A stretch of 64,000 nt of DNA, taken from NCBI GenBank assembly GCA_036378185.1, contig DASUWX010000234.1:17120-81119 (forward strand), written 5' to 3'. The notes under the pieces were generated by a model. The model did not search any database. It saw only the letters and a list, made by a program, of their open reading frames with translations, and was not told the origin of the DNA. This document shows positions 8,943-20,495 of the stretch, one piece after another; position 1 is the stretch's first letter; every line of letters begins with the position of its first letter. The position numbers and the translations under genes are program-made. The stretch is from Streptosporangiales bacterium. GTDB taxonomy: Bacteria; Actinomycetota; Actinomycetes; Streptosporangiales; WHST01.

Positions 8943-9983
8943 TCAGCGCGCCCGGGACGCGGCGCCCTCGGTCTCGACCGTCGGTGCCGCGCCCGGTCGG
9001 GCGACGTCCACCCGGCCGTCCCGGTGGATCCGCAGGGCGGTCGCCGCGACGAGCACCAGCGCGCCGAGTGCGAAGACGACGTGGCTCACCAGTGTCACCG
9101 CCGGCGAGGCGGGCACCAGCATGTGTGCGGTCACGAAGCCCTGCCAGGCGTAGGTGAGCAGGGCACCGGCCGCGAGCGCCAGCCGGTGCGCGGGCCCCCA
9201 GCCGCGCAGTCCGGACCAGTGCCGGACGAGCGGGACGCCCGCGGCGTACCCGGCGAGCACGAGCACGACGTAGAGCCAGGACGGCACGCTGTCCTTGGCC
9301 AGGTACCACAGGCTCGTCACCACAGAGGTGACCACGAGCGACGCCGTCCCGAGCAGCCAGGCCGGCGGCACCCGGCCCTCGGCGGAGACCGGCGCGCCGC
9401 GCCCGCGGCCGAGGACGGCGGCCAGCACGACCAGGAGCAGGGCCACGACGGCGGCGCCGGCGAGCCGGCCGGCGGGCGCGACGAAGTGGAACTGCGCATG
9501 GTTCTGCGCCGCCGTGACGACGCCCCCGGCGACGAACAGCACGGCCGTGACGCCGAGCCCGATCCTGCCGAGCCACGTGGTGGTGGGCCGCCTGCGGCTG
9601 AGCAGCTCCACCATCGCGATCGGTGTGCAGATGCTCCAGACGACGTGCAGGGTGAGCACGAACACGGTCCACGACGCGCCGATGCCGAGTCCGGGGACGT
9701 AGCCGTGCGCGAGCAGGTGCTTGCCGGCGTAGCCGGGGTCGAACAGCGACTCGGTGACCAGACCCTCCTCGACCACGCCGAAGGCGAGCCCGAGGGCGAC
9801 GATGCCGGGCCAGCCCCAGCCGGCCCGGCGGCATGTCTCCCGGATCAGCAGGGCGCCGCCGCCGTACCAGGGCGCGAGGACGATCAGCCCGGCGAGGGCC
9901 GTGACGGGGATGTCACCGAGCAGGTACTCGGCGACCAGCGGTGCGAGGAAGAACAACCCGACCGCGGGAACGAGGCGACGCAT
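8943..9983 (-). CDS. Polytopic membrane protein, function unknown
   Basis: ATG 9983 is preceded by GGAGG (ccctGGAGGacccATG) inside ORF 8943..10181. About nine hydrophobic helices. Lies downstream of, and co-directional with, the TetR gene. Confidence 0.6.
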   Translation of the reverse strand: MRRLVPAVGLFFLAPLVAEYLLGDIPVTALAGLIVLAPWYGGGALLIRETCRRAGWGWPGIVALGLAFGVVEEGLVTESLFDPGYAGKHLLAHGYVPGLGIGASWTVFVLTLHVVWSICTPIAMVELLSRRRPTTTWLGRIGLGVTAVLFVAGGVVTAAQNHAQFHFVAPAGRLAGAAVVALLLVVLAAVLGRGRGAPVSAEGRVPPAWLLGTASLVVTSVVTSLWYLAKDSVPSWLYVVLVLAGYAAGVPLVRHWSGLRGWGPAHRLALAAGALLTYAWQGFVTAHMLVPASPAVTLVSHVVFALGALVLVAATALRIHRDGRVDVARPGAAPTVETEGAASRAR

Positions 9984-10020
9984 GGGTCCTCCAGGGTTGG
10001 ACGTGCCGGTCGTGCGATGG

Positions 10021-10662
10021 TCAGTGGTGGATGGGCGGCGGCAGCCCGGCGGCGAGCCGGCCCATCGCCTCGCCCAGCAGCGGCGCGAGCGGTTCCGGCC
10101 GATCGTCACGCAGCCACTGCTGCGTGCAGGTGCGGATCGCGGCGCCGACCGCTGCCGCCACGAGTCGTGGGTACAGGTCACGTCCGGCGTCGGTGCCGGT
10201 GCGTTCGGCGATCGCCTCGGCGAGCGCGTCCTCGCCGGCGGCGCTGGCCCGGACCAGTTCGTGCTGCAGCGCGGGCTCGGTGACCATCAGCCGGGCGCCG
10301 GCCGTCCACTGCTCGTCCGTGCCCGTCCGGGTCTCGGTGCCCGGCACCGGCGCGAACGGTGCGAGCACCGCGGCGGTGAGGGCGTCCCAGAGCGGCTCGT
10401 CGGCAGGCCGGGCGCGGAGCTCGGCCTCGATCCGGCGGGCCCGGTCCAGGTGCCGTGCCGCGATCGCCTCACCCTTGCTCGAGAAGTAGTTGTTGAACGT
10501 GCGGGCCGACACCCCGACCTCGGCCGCGATGTCGTCCACCCGCACGTTCTCCAGGCCCCGCTCGACCGCGAGCCGGACGGCGGCCCAGCTGAGTGCGGCA
10601 CGGGTCTGCGCCTTCTTGCGCTCGCGCAGGCCCGCGGGCCTGGCGTCGTCCGCTGTGCTCAC
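10021..10662 (-). CDS. TetR/AcrR family transcriptional regulator
   Basis: GTG 10662 within ORF 10021..11463. N-terminal TetR HTH (RERKKAQTRAALSWAAVRLAVERGLENVRVDDIAAEVGVSARTFNNYFSSKGEA). Confidence 0.88.
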   Translation of the reverse strand: MSTADDARPAGLRERKKAQTRAALSWAAVRLAVERGLENVRVDDIAAEVGVSARTFNNYFSSKGEAIAARHLDRARRIEAELRARPADEPLWDALTAAVLAPFAPVPGTETRTGTDEQWTAGARLMVTEPALQHELVRASAAGEDALAEAIAERTGTDAGRDLYPRLVAAAVGAAIRTCTQQWLRDDRPEPLAPLLGEAMGRLAAGLPPPIHH

Positions 10663-10718
10663 AGCGCCATCGTAGCGAAGAAACTTTCGTGGCGCGCAAA
10701 ATTTCGCGTCGCGAAGAT

Positions 10719-11309
10719 TTACCCGGGCCGCACCCGCGGGCGGGCCCGGAGATGGGCGCGCTCGCCCTGGCGCCCGAACAGGCTGAGGAACTCGACCGCC
10801 TCGGGGCCGGCCGGGCCGAACCAGTGCGGCGTGCGGGTGTCGAACTCCGCCGCCTCGCCGGGGGCGAGGACGAGATCGTGCTCGCCCAGGACGAGCCGCA
10901 GCCGGCCGTCGAGGACGTACAGCCACTCGTAGCCCTCGTGGGACTGCGGCTCGGGTCGCCGGCGCCGGGCGCCGGCGGGGATCACGAGCTTGTACGCCTG
11001 GATGCCGCCCGCGCGGCGGCTCAGCGGCAGCATGGTCATGCCGTGCCGGGTGACCGGGCGCAGGTGGACCCGCGGGTCCCCGGTCGGCGGTGCGTCGACG
11101 AGCTCGTCGAGCGTGACGCCGTGCGCCCTGGCGAGGGGGAGCAGCAGTTCGAGGGTCGGCCGGCGGGCGCCGGATTCCAGTCGCGACAGCGTGCTCACCG
11201 AGATGCCGGTAGCGGTCGCGAGCTCGGCGAGCGTCGTCTCGCGCTGCCGCCGCAGCGCCCGCAGCCGCGGGCCCACGGAGTCGAGCGCCGCGCCGAGGTC
11301 GTCGTCCAC
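10719..11309 (-). CDS. XRE-family HTH + cupin domain transcriptional regulator
   Basis: N-terminal HTH (LRALRRQRETTLAELATATGISVSTLSRLESG) and C-terminal cupin (HEGYEWLYVLDGRLRLVLGEHDLVLAPGEAAEFDTRTPHWF). Confidence 0.85.
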   Translation of the reverse strand: MDDDLGAALDSVGPRLRALRRQRETTLAELATATGISVSTLSRLESGARRPTLELLLPLARAHGVTLDELVDAPPTGDPRVHLRPVTRHGMTMLPLSRRAGGIQAYKLVIPAGARRRRPEPQSHEGYEWLYVLDGRLRLVLGEHDLVLAPGEAAEFDTRTPHWFGPAGPEAVEFLSLFGRQGERAHLRARPRVRPG

Positions 11310-11389
11310 ACCGGCGAGTTTGCCATATCAGCAACGTTATTTGCCGCTCTGCTCCGCCGTCGCGGACCATCGCCGTGGAGGTGGTCGAG

Positions 11390-12373
11390 ATGACCGACAG
11401 GGTGAACGGTTCTGACGTGGTGGTGGTCGGCGGTGGCGCCGCGGGTCTGAGCGGAGCCCTCATGCTCGCGCGGGCACGCCGGTCGGTGGTGGTGGTCGAC
11501 GCGGGCGAGCCGCGGAACGCACCGGCGGCCGGCGTACACGCACTGCTGGGACTGGACGGGACCCCGCCTGCGGAGCTGTTGGAGCGCGGCCGTGCGGAGG
11601 TCCGCCACTACGGGGGCACGGTGCTCTCCGGCGAGGTCGTCGCGGCCGCCCGCGAGGACGACGGGTTCGCCGTGACGTGCGCGGACGGCCGCGTGCTCCA
11701 TGCGCGCCGGCTGCTCGTGACGAGCGGGCTGGTAGACGAGCTGCCGGACATCGAGGGGCTGCGCGAGCGGTGGGGCCGCGACGTGGTGCACTGCCCGTAC
11801 TGCCACGGCTTCGAGGTGCGCGACCAGGCCATCGGCGTCGTCGCCACCGGGCCGATGTCCGTGCACCAGGCGTTGCTGTTCCGCCAGTTGAGCGACGACG
11901 TGGTCTTCTTCTCGCACACCGGCCCGACGCCGACCGGCGAGGAGGCGGAACAGCTGGCCGCCCGCGGCATCCCCGTGGTGGACGGCCCGGTCGCGTCCGT
12001 CGTCGTCGACGACGATCGCCTGGTGGGCGTGCGGCTGCACGACGGGCGGGTGGCCGCCCGTGACGCGCTCGCCGTGGCGACGCGGATGACCGCGCGGGCC
12101 GGCTTTCTCGCGCGACTCGGCCTGCGACCGGTTGCGCACCCCTCCGGCATGGGTGAGCACATCCCGGCGGACCCGACCGGGCAGACGGAGGTGAGCGGTG
12201 TGTGGGTCGCGGGCAACGTCTCCGAGCTGACCGCCCAGGTCGGCGCCGCCGCCGCGGCCGCCGCCATCGCGGCGGCGCGGATCAACGCGGACCTCGTCGC
12301 CGAGGAGACCCGCCTCGCGGTGGCGGCCCGCCGGGAGGAGTTGTCAGAACGTCGAGGTGCCCCGACACCGTGA
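11390..12373 (+). CDS. FAD/NAD(P)-dependent oxidoreductase, thioredoxin-reductase-like
   Basis: GGAGG sits 8 nt upstream of ATG 11390 (the ORF opens at GTG 11375). Dinucleotide motif VVVVGGGAAG and a CPYCHG redox-type motif. Divergent from the XRE-cupin gene. Confidence 0.85.
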   Translation: MTDRVNGSDVVVVGGGAAGLSGALMLARARRSVVVVDAGEPRNAPAAGVHALLGLDGTPPAELLERGRAEVRHYGGTVLSGEVVAAAREDDGFAVTCADGRVLHARRLLVTSGLVDELPDIEGLRERWGRDVVHCPYCHGFEVRDQAIGVVATGPMSVHQALLFRQLSDDVVFFSHTGPTPTGEEAEQLAARGIPVVDGPVASVVVDDDRLVGVRLHDGRVAARDALAVATRMTARAGFLARLGLRPVAHPSGMGEHIPADPTGQTEVSGVWVAGNVSELTAQVGAAAAAAAIAAARINADLVAEETRLAVAARREELSERRGAPTP

Positions 12374-12422
12374 CGTTCTGACGACCTCACGGTTCGCGGA
12401 CGCCGCGTGCGGTCTGTGGAAA

Positions 12423-13112
12423 CTACCCGGCCGGGACGACCAGCCGGTAGCCGATGCCGGGCTCGGTGACGAGGTGCTCGGGGTGACCGGGGTCGGCCTC
12501 CAGCTTGCGCCGCAGCTGGGCCATGTAGACGCGCAGGTACTGCGTCTCCTTGCCGTAGGCCGGGCCCCAGACCTCCTGCAGCAGCTGGCGCTGCGAAACG
12601 AGCTTGCCGGCGTTGCGGGCGAGCACCTCGAGTAGGTGCCACTCGGTCGGTGTCAGCCGTACCTGGACGCCGTCGCGGTCGACCCGGCCGGCGGACAGGT
12701 CGACGACGAACGCGCCGGCGTCGACGACCGGCTTCTCGTCCTGGTGCACCGTGGCCGACCGCCGGACACTGGCACGCAGCCGGGCGAGCAGCTCGTCCAT
12801 GCCGAACGGCTTGGTGACGTAGTCGTCGGCGCCGGCGTCGAGCGCGCGCACCTTCTCCGCCGAGGCGTGCCGCGCGGACAGCACGATGACCGGCACCGCG
12901 GTCCAGCCGCGCAGGCCCTGGATGACCGTGACGCCGTCGAGGTCGGGGAGCCCGAGGTCGAGCAGCACGACGTCCGGCCGGGTCTTCGCGGCCGCGTCGA
13001 GCGCCGACCGGCCGTCCCTCGCGGTGACGACGTCGTAGCCGCGCGCGGCGAGGTTGACGCGCATGCTCACGACGAGGCTCGGCTCGTCGTCGACGACCAG
13101 CACCTTGGTCAT
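12423..13112 (-). CDS. kdpE: Two-component response regulator KdpE (OmpR family)
   Basis: Receiver domain plus winged-helix output (LTPTEWHLLEVLARNAGKLVSQRQLLQEVWGPAY). 4-nt overlap with kdpD. Confidence 0.92.
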   Translation of the reverse strand: MTKVLVVDDEPSLVVSMRVNLAARGYDVVTARDGRSALDAAAKTRPDVVLLDLGLPDLDGVTVIQGLRGWTAVPVIVLSARHASAEKVRALDAGADDYVTKPFGMDELLARLRASVRRSATVHQDEKPVVDAGAFVVDLSAGRVDRDGVQVRLTPTEWHLLEVLARNAGKLVSQRQLLQEVWGPAYGKETQYLRVYMAQLRRKLEADPGHPEHLVTEPGIGYRLVVPAG

Positions 13113-15664
13113 GTCGCGCCGCTCTCCGACAGGCGCTCGACGGCGACGGCGTGGTCGGCGTCCGCGCCGGCCTCCGGCGGGACCGTCGACAGGGAGAGCA
13201 CGAGCGTGAGCCCGCCGCCCGGCGTCTCCTCCGCGGTCAACTGCCCGCCGACCGCCTCGGCGAAGCCCCGCGCGACGGCGAGGCCGAGGCCGACGCCGTT
13301 GCCCGCGGGCACGTCGCCCAGCCGCTGGAACGGTTCGAAGATGCGGTCCAGCTGGTCCGGCGGCAACCCCTGGCCGCGGTCGACGACGCGGATCTCCACC
13401 CGCTTGGCGTACGCACTGGCGGCCACGAGCACCGGTGTCCCGGGCGGCGAGTGCCGGACGGCGTTCTCGATCACGTTGGCGAGCACGCGCTCGAGCAGGC
13501 CCGCGTCGGTGCAGACCTCGGGGACGTCCGGGGCGACGTCGACCTGGACGCCGTCACCCGGCCTGAGCACCGGCTCGAGCAGTTCGGTGACCGAGTGCAG
13601 CCGCAGTATCGGCCGCACCGAGCCGGTACGCAGCCGGCTCATGTCGAGCAGGTTGCCCACCAGGCGGTCGAGGTCGTCGGTCGCGGTCGCGATCCCGCCC
13701 AGCAGGGTGCGCCGGTCGGCGTCGGAGAAGACCACGTCGCCCGCGAGTAGGCCGGACACGTTCGCCTTGATGGTCGCGAGCGGTGTCCTCAGGTCGTGGC
13801 TCACCGCGGCCAGCAGCGTGGTGCGGACCGCGCTGTTCGCCGCCCGCCGCTCCGCCTGCGCCGCCTCGGCGCGCAGCCGGCTGCGTTCCACGAGCACGGC
13901 CAGCTGCGCGGCGAACGCGTTGACCACCCGCATGTCGTCGGCAGGCAGCGCCCGGCCGCGCAGGGCGAGCGCGAGCCGCTCGTCGATCGACACCTCGACG
14001 TCGCCCTGCTCGGGCCGCCGGCACGGGTCCGGTCCGGAGGCGGCGACGACGTGCCACGGCGTGTGCTCGTCGGGCCGTTCGAGCAGCGCGGCGCTGGCGA
14101 CGCCGAACGTCTCCCGCAGCCGCTGCAGCATGGCGTCGACGGTGTCCTCGCCGCGCAGCACGGCGCCGCTCAGCAGGAACAGCGTGTCGGCCTCACGCCG
14201 GGCGCGCGCGGCGACGGCGGCGCGCCTGGACGCACGGTCGACGACCACGGCGACGGCGACGGCGACGAGGACGAACACGCCGACGGCGAACGCGTTCTCC
14301 GGCTTGTCGATCGTGAGCGTGTACAGCGGCGGCGTGAAGTAGTAGTTGACGATCAGGCTGCCGACCACGGCCGCGACCACCGCCGGCCACAGCCCGCCGA
14401 CGAGCGCCACGACGACGGCGAGCGAGAGGAACAGCATCAGCTCGGTGGGGAGGCCGTGCATGTCCCTGGTGACGCCGAGCAGGGCGCCCAGCGCGACGGG
14501 GCCGAGTGCGGCCAGCACCCAGCCGACGAGCAGCCGCCGCCGGGAGAGGCTCACCGACGGGCGCAGCCGGGTCGGGCCGGACGCGTGCGCGTGGGTGACC
14601 ATGAGCACGTCGATGTCGCCCGACTCGCGGACTATCGTCGCGCCGACGCCGCGGGTGAGGAACCGCGACAGCCGGGTGCGTCGGCTCTCGCCGATGACGA
14701 TCTGGGACGCGTTGACGCTGCGCGCGAACTGCAGCACGGCGTGCGGGACGTCGTCGTCGACGACGTTGTGGAACGTGCCGCCCAGGCTCTCGGTGAGCGC
14801 GCGCTGTTGCTCCAGCAGCTTCGGGCTCGCGCCGGCGAGCCCGTCGCCGCGGGTGACGTACAGCGCCAGCATCTCGCTGCCCGCGCCCTTCGCCGCGATG
14901 CGCGCGCCGCGCCTGATCAACGTCTCGCCCTCCGGCCCGCCGGTCAGGGCGACGACCACGCGCTCGCGCGCCGGCCAGGTGGAGGCGATGCCGTGCTGCT
15001 CGCGGTACTCCTCGAGGTGCTCGTCGACGCGGTCGGCGAGCCAGAGCAGGGCGAGCTCGCGCAATGCGGCGAGGTTGCCGATCCGGAAGTAGTGGGACAG
15101 CGCCGCGTCGATCTTCTCCGGCGGGTACACGTTGCCGTGCGCCATCCGGCGGCGCAGCGCGTCCGGCGACATGTCGACCAGCTCGATCTGGTCGGCGCGG
15201 CGCACGACGGCATCCGGGATCGTCTCGCGCTGCTCGACGCCGGTGATGGCCTGGACGACGTCGTTCAGCGACTCCAGGTGCTGGATGTTCACCGTCGCGA
15301 TGACGTTGATCCCGCCGTCGAGCAGCTCCTCGACGTCCTGCCAGCGCTTCTCGTTGCGGCTGCCGGGGACGTTCGTGTGCGCGAGCTCGTCGACCAGGGC
15401 GACCTTGGGGTGCCGCTGCAGTACGGCGTCGAGGTCCATCTCGGTGAACGTCGCGCCGCGGTACTCGATGGCGGCCCGCGGCACGACGGGCAGGCCGTCG
15501 AGCAGCGACGCGGTCCTGGCGCGGCCGTGCGTCTCGGCGAAGGCCACCACGACGTCGGTGCCGCGGTCCTGCCGCCGGTGGCCCTCGCCGAGCATGGCGT
15601 AGGTCTTGCCCACACCCGGCGCCGCGCCCAGGTACACGATCAGCTTGCCCCGTGCCACATGCAC
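13109..15664 (-). CDS. kdpD: Sensor histidine kinase KdpD
   Basis: N-terminal KdpD domain with P-loop GAAPGVGKTYAM, Usp-like segment, four TM helices, H-box SHDLRTPL and a HATPase domain. GTG start at 15664. Confidence 0.95.
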   Translation of the reverse strand: MHVARGKLIVYLGAAPGVGKTYAMLGEGHRRQDRGTDVVVAFAETHGRARTASLLDGLPVVPRAAIEYRGATFTEMDLDAVLQRHPKVALVDELAHTNVPGSRNEKRWQDVEELLDGGINVIATVNIQHLESLNDVVQAITGVEQRETIPDAVVRRADQIELVDMSPDALRRRMAHGNVYPPEKIDAALSHYFRIGNLAALRELALLWLADRVDEHLEEYREQHGIASTWPARERVVVALTGGPEGETLIRRGARIAAKGAGSEMLALYVTRGDGLAGASPKLLEQQRALTESLGGTFHNVVDDDVPHAVLQFARSVNASQIVIGESRRTRLSRFLTRGVGATIVRESGDIDVLMVTHAHASGPTRLRPSVSLSRRRLLVGWVLAALGPVALGALLGVTRDMHGLPTELMLFLSLAVVVALVGGLWPAVVAAVVGSLIVNYYFTPPLYTLTIDKPENAFAVGVFVLVAVAVAVVVDRASRRAAVAARARREADTLFLLSGAVLRGEDTVDAMLQRLRETFGVASAALLERPDEHTPWHVVAASGPDPCRRPEQGDVEVSIDERLALALRGRALPADDMRVVNAFAAQLAVLVERSRLRAEAAQAERRAANSAVRTTLLAAVSHDLRTPLATIKANVSGLLAGDVVFSDADRRTLLGGIATATDDLDRLVGNLLDMSRLRTGSVRPILRLHSVTELLEPVLRPGDGVQVDVAPDVPEVCTDAGLLERVLANVIENAVRHSPPGTPVLVAASAYAKRVEIRVVDRGQGLPPDQLDRIFEPFQRLGDVPAGNGVGLGLAVARGFAEAVGGQLTAEETPGGGLTLVLSLSTVPPEAGADADHAVAVERLSESGAT

Positions 15665-15665
15665 A

Positions 15666-16238
15666 TCATGCCCGTTCGAGTGCGAGGTTGAGCTCCAGGA
15701 CGTTCACCCGGGGTTCGCCGAGGAAGCCGAGCGTGCGGCCCTGCGTGTGCCCGGCCACCAGCCTCCGTACGGTCGACGCCGACAGGTGGCGGGCGGCGGC
15801 GACGCGCCGCACCTGGATCGCCGCGTAGGCCGGGCTGACGTCCGGGTCCAGGCCGCTGCCGGACGCCGTCACGGCGTCGGCCGGCACGTCCGCCTGAGGG
15901 ACCCCGTCCTCCTCGGCCACCTGCGCCCGCAGTTGCTCGACGGTCTTGACCAGCTTCGGGTTGTTCGGGCCGAGGTTGCTGGCGCCCGACGACATGCCGT
16001 CGTAGCCGACCGCGGACGGGCGGCCGTGGAACCACATGGCGGCCGTGAACTTCTGCCCGATCAGCGACGAGCCGACGATCCTGCCATTGGCGTCACGGAC
16101 GAGTGAGCCGGCGGCCTGCGGCCGCGCGACCGCCTGCCCGACGCCCCACACGGCCACCGGATAGGCGATGCCGAGCAGGACGGTGAACACGAGCAGGATC
16201 CTGACGCCCGCGAGAACCTGGCGCATGAGCGTGTTCAA
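15666..16238 (-). CDS. kdpC: K+-transporting ATPase subunit C
   Basis: Single N-terminal TM helix plus conserved KdpC core (SGASNLGPNNPKL...VTASGSGLDPDVSPAYA). Confidence 0.95.
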   Translation of the reverse strand: MNTLMRQVLAGVRILLVFTVLLGIAYPVAVWGVGQAVARPQAAGSLVRDANGRIVGSSLIGQKFTAAMWFHGRPSAVGYDGMSSGASNLGPNNPKLVKTVEQLRAQVAEEDGVPQADVPADAVTASGSGLDPDVSPAYAAIQVRRVAAARHLSASTVRRLVAGHTQGRTLGFLGEPRVNVLELNLALERA

Positions 16239-16241
16239 CAG

Positions 16242-18325
<2,084 letters not shown>

Positions 18326-18329
<4 letters not shown>

Positions 18330-19984
18330 TTCAGTGCCTCCGCGATGGGGCCGAGTGCCAGTGCCGGGAAGAAGGTCAGGCCGGCCACGATGAGCACCAC
18401 GCCGGTGACGAGGCCGACGAACAGCGGCCCGCGGGTGGGCAACGTACCGGCACCGGCCCGCACCGGCTGCTGCGTTCCCAGTGCGCCCGCGAGTCGCAGC
18501 ACGAACACCATCGGCAGGAAGCGCCCGACGAGCATCGAGACGCCCAGCGCGATGTCGTAGTACCAGGTGTTCACCGACAGGCCGGCGAACGCGCTGCCGT
18601 TATTGTTCGACGCCGACGTGAACGCGTAGAGGACCTCGCTGAGCCCGTGCGGACCGGGGTTGAGGATGCCTGCTCTCGGCCCGCCGAGCACGACGGCCAT
18701 GCCCGCCCCGACGAGCAGTGCGAACGGCATCGCGAGGACGTACAGCGCCACCATCGTGATCTCGCGCCGGCCGATCTTCTTGCCGAGGAACTCGGGCGTC
18801 CGGCCGACCATCAGGCCGGCCAGGAACACGGCCAGCACCGCCATCACGAGCATTCCGTAGAGGCCGGATCCGACGCCGCCGGGCGACACCTCGCCGAGCA
18901 TCATGTCGAGCAGCAGGACGCCGCCGCCCGCCGGTGTGAACGAGTCGTGGAACGAGTCGACGGCACCCGTCGAGGTGCCGGTGGTGGCGACACCCCACAG
19001 CGTCGACACCCAGACGCCGAAGCGCTGCTCCTTGCCCTCCATTGCGCTGCCGGTGATCTGGTAGGCGGCGCCGCCGTGGTGGACCTCCGCGGTGGTGGCG
19101 GCAGCCAGCGCGGCACCCCACAGCAGCGCCATGATCGCCAGGATCGCATAGCCCTGCCTGCGGTTGCCGAGCAGCGTGCCGAGGGTCCGGGGGAGGGCGC
19201 TCGGGATGACGAGCAGCAGGAAGATCTCGAACAGGTTCGTGAGTGGGTTCGGGTTCTCGTACGGGTGTGCGGAGTTCGCGTTGTAGAAGCCGCCGCCGTC
19301 GGTGCCGAGCTCCTTGATCGCCTCCTGGCTCGCGACCGGGCCGCCGGGCAGCGTCTGGTGCCCGCCGCCGAGCGTCGGGTACCCGGTCGGGTGGCTGAAG
19401 TTCTGCACGGACCCGCCGAGCAGGAGCAGGACCGCGGCGACGAACGCGAGCGGCAGCAGGATGCGGACGGTGCCCCTGGTCACGTCCACCCAGAAGTTGC
19501 CGATCCGGTCGGTCCCGTCACGGGTGAAGCCGCGGACGAGCGCGACGACGACCGCGATGCCGACGGCGGCGGACAGGAAGTTCTGCACGGCGAGGCCGGC
19601 CATCTGGACCAGGTAGCCGATCGTCTCGCCCGAGTAGCTCTGCCAGTTGGTGTTCGTGACGAACGAGACGGCCGTGTTGAACGCCTGGCCGGGCGGGATC
19701 GGCGGCGTCCCGTTCGACAGCGGCAACCAGTGCTGCACCCGCTGCAGCAGGTAGAGGAACAGCACGGAGACGCCGGAGAACGCCAGGAGCGAGACGACGT
19801 ACCCGCCCCACCGCTGTTCGGAGTCCGGGTCGACGCCGCCGACCCGGTAGGCGGCGCGCTCGACGCCGAGGTGCACGCGCGAGGTGAACACCCGGGCCAT
19901 GTAGTCGCCGAGCGGCCGGTGTACGAGGGCGAGCGCCGCGACGAGGGCGGCGATCTGCAGCAGCCCGGCGGCGGTGTCGGACAT
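18326..19984 (-). CDS. kdpA: K+-transporting ATPase subunit A
   Basis: 552-aa polytopic channel-like protein with a typical KdpA N-terminus. 4-nt overlaps with kdpB and kdpF. Confidence 0.97.
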
Positions 19985-20073
19985 CAGAACCGCTCAGGGA
20001 ACACGAGGGCCACCAGCAGGTAGCCGGTGAGCACGATGGCGAGCGCGAGGCCGACCGCGTTCTCGACGCTCAC
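19984..20073 (-). CDS. kdpF: K+-transporting ATPase subunit F (29 aa)
   Basis: Below the ORF-track size cut-off. GTG 20073 to TGA 19986-19984 encodes [29 protein letters not shown], the canonical KdpF shape ending in FPE+F. The stop overlaps the kdpA ATG. Confidence 0.8.
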   Translation of the reverse strand: MSVENAVGLALAIVLTGYLLVALVFPERF

Positions 20074-20153
20074 AGCCTGCCCACGCCCTTCGCGATCAGT
20101 GCCGTGAGCGTGAAGAACGCCACGACCAGCGCGACGCACAGCAGATCCGACAC
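20070..20153 (-). CDS. 27-aa hydrophobic peptide ORF translationally coupled to kdpF
   Basis: GTG 20153 is preceded by GGAAGGAGG (4-nt spacer). Encodes [27 protein letters not shown]. Its TGA overlaps the kdpF GTG (GTGA). GC-rich third codon positions. Confidence 0.45.
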   Translation of the reverse strand: MSDLLCVALVVAFFTLTALIAKGVGRL

Positions 20154-20272
20154 CTGGCCTCCTTCCGGACGGGTCGTCCGCTGCCGAGTCAACGGCGGCG
20201 GGCGGCGTCCGGCCAGGTGTCTTGACGCCGTCCTTGCGGCGTCCGGCGAAGCCTTAGCGGGTTCCTGACGCG

Positions 20273-20290
20273 GGCACGGACTGCCGTGCC
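20273..20290 (-). other. Short hairpin GGCACGG-CAGT-CCGTGCC in the kdp leader
   Basis: 7-bp perfect stem seen on the minus strand between the long hairpin and the small ORF. No U-tract. Function unknown. Confidence 0.3.
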
Positions 20291-20305
20291 AGGTGAGCTC
20301 GCCTT

Positions 20306-20442
20306 TCTCCAAATGATCACGGTATGTCAGGTTCCAGGGTTACCGAGACGAGTACCTGCTTCCCGCTTGCTGTAACACGGGAGGAGTGGGTACTCGGCTG
20401 GGTGAGTTCCCTGGAAACCCACATACCGTGATCATTTGGGGA
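20306..20442. other. About 135-nt rod-like imperfect hairpin with 19-bp perfect terminal inverted repeats (candidate MITE, sRNA or leader element)
   Basis: CCAAATGATCACGGTATGT (20309-20327) pairs perfectly with ACATACCGTGATCATTTGG (20421-20439). Inner helices: 20330-20339/20409-20419, 20350-20356/20389-20395 and 20359-20365/20378-20384. About 55% G+C by my count, visibly below the flanks. Confidence 0.6.
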
Positions 20443-20495
20443 CGGGGCGGCGGGTAACGGCGGGCGACGGTGACTCGGCCCGACGCTCCGGCGGC

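Noticed and set aside
10663-10718. AT-richer 56-bp region upstream of the TetR gene (CGAAGAAACTTTCG, GCGCAAAATTTCGCG) as a TetR operator.
   Set aside because: Both candidate palindromes are imperfect, with only 4-bp clean arms. The idea is plausible but not supportable from sequence alone.
20313-20437. Small ORFs starting MITVC... on both strands inside the long hairpin: a 20-codon ORF on the plus strand from ATG 20313, and a 31-codon ORF on the minus strand from ATG 20435.
   Set aside because: The identical N-termini are just a consequence of the inverted repeat. Codon usage (GTA, TTA, AGA, CGA) is atypical for this genome, and there is no RBS.
20153-20495. A c-di-AMP (ydaO/kimA-type) riboswitch or other known riboswitch in the kdp leader.
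   Set aside because: I could not find the conserved ydaO elements I remember (GGGGACCCA, GGUGAAUCC, the pseudo-twofold ACGR/CCCG cores) on either strand. The structure present is a single long rod-like hairpin, not a multi-helix junction.
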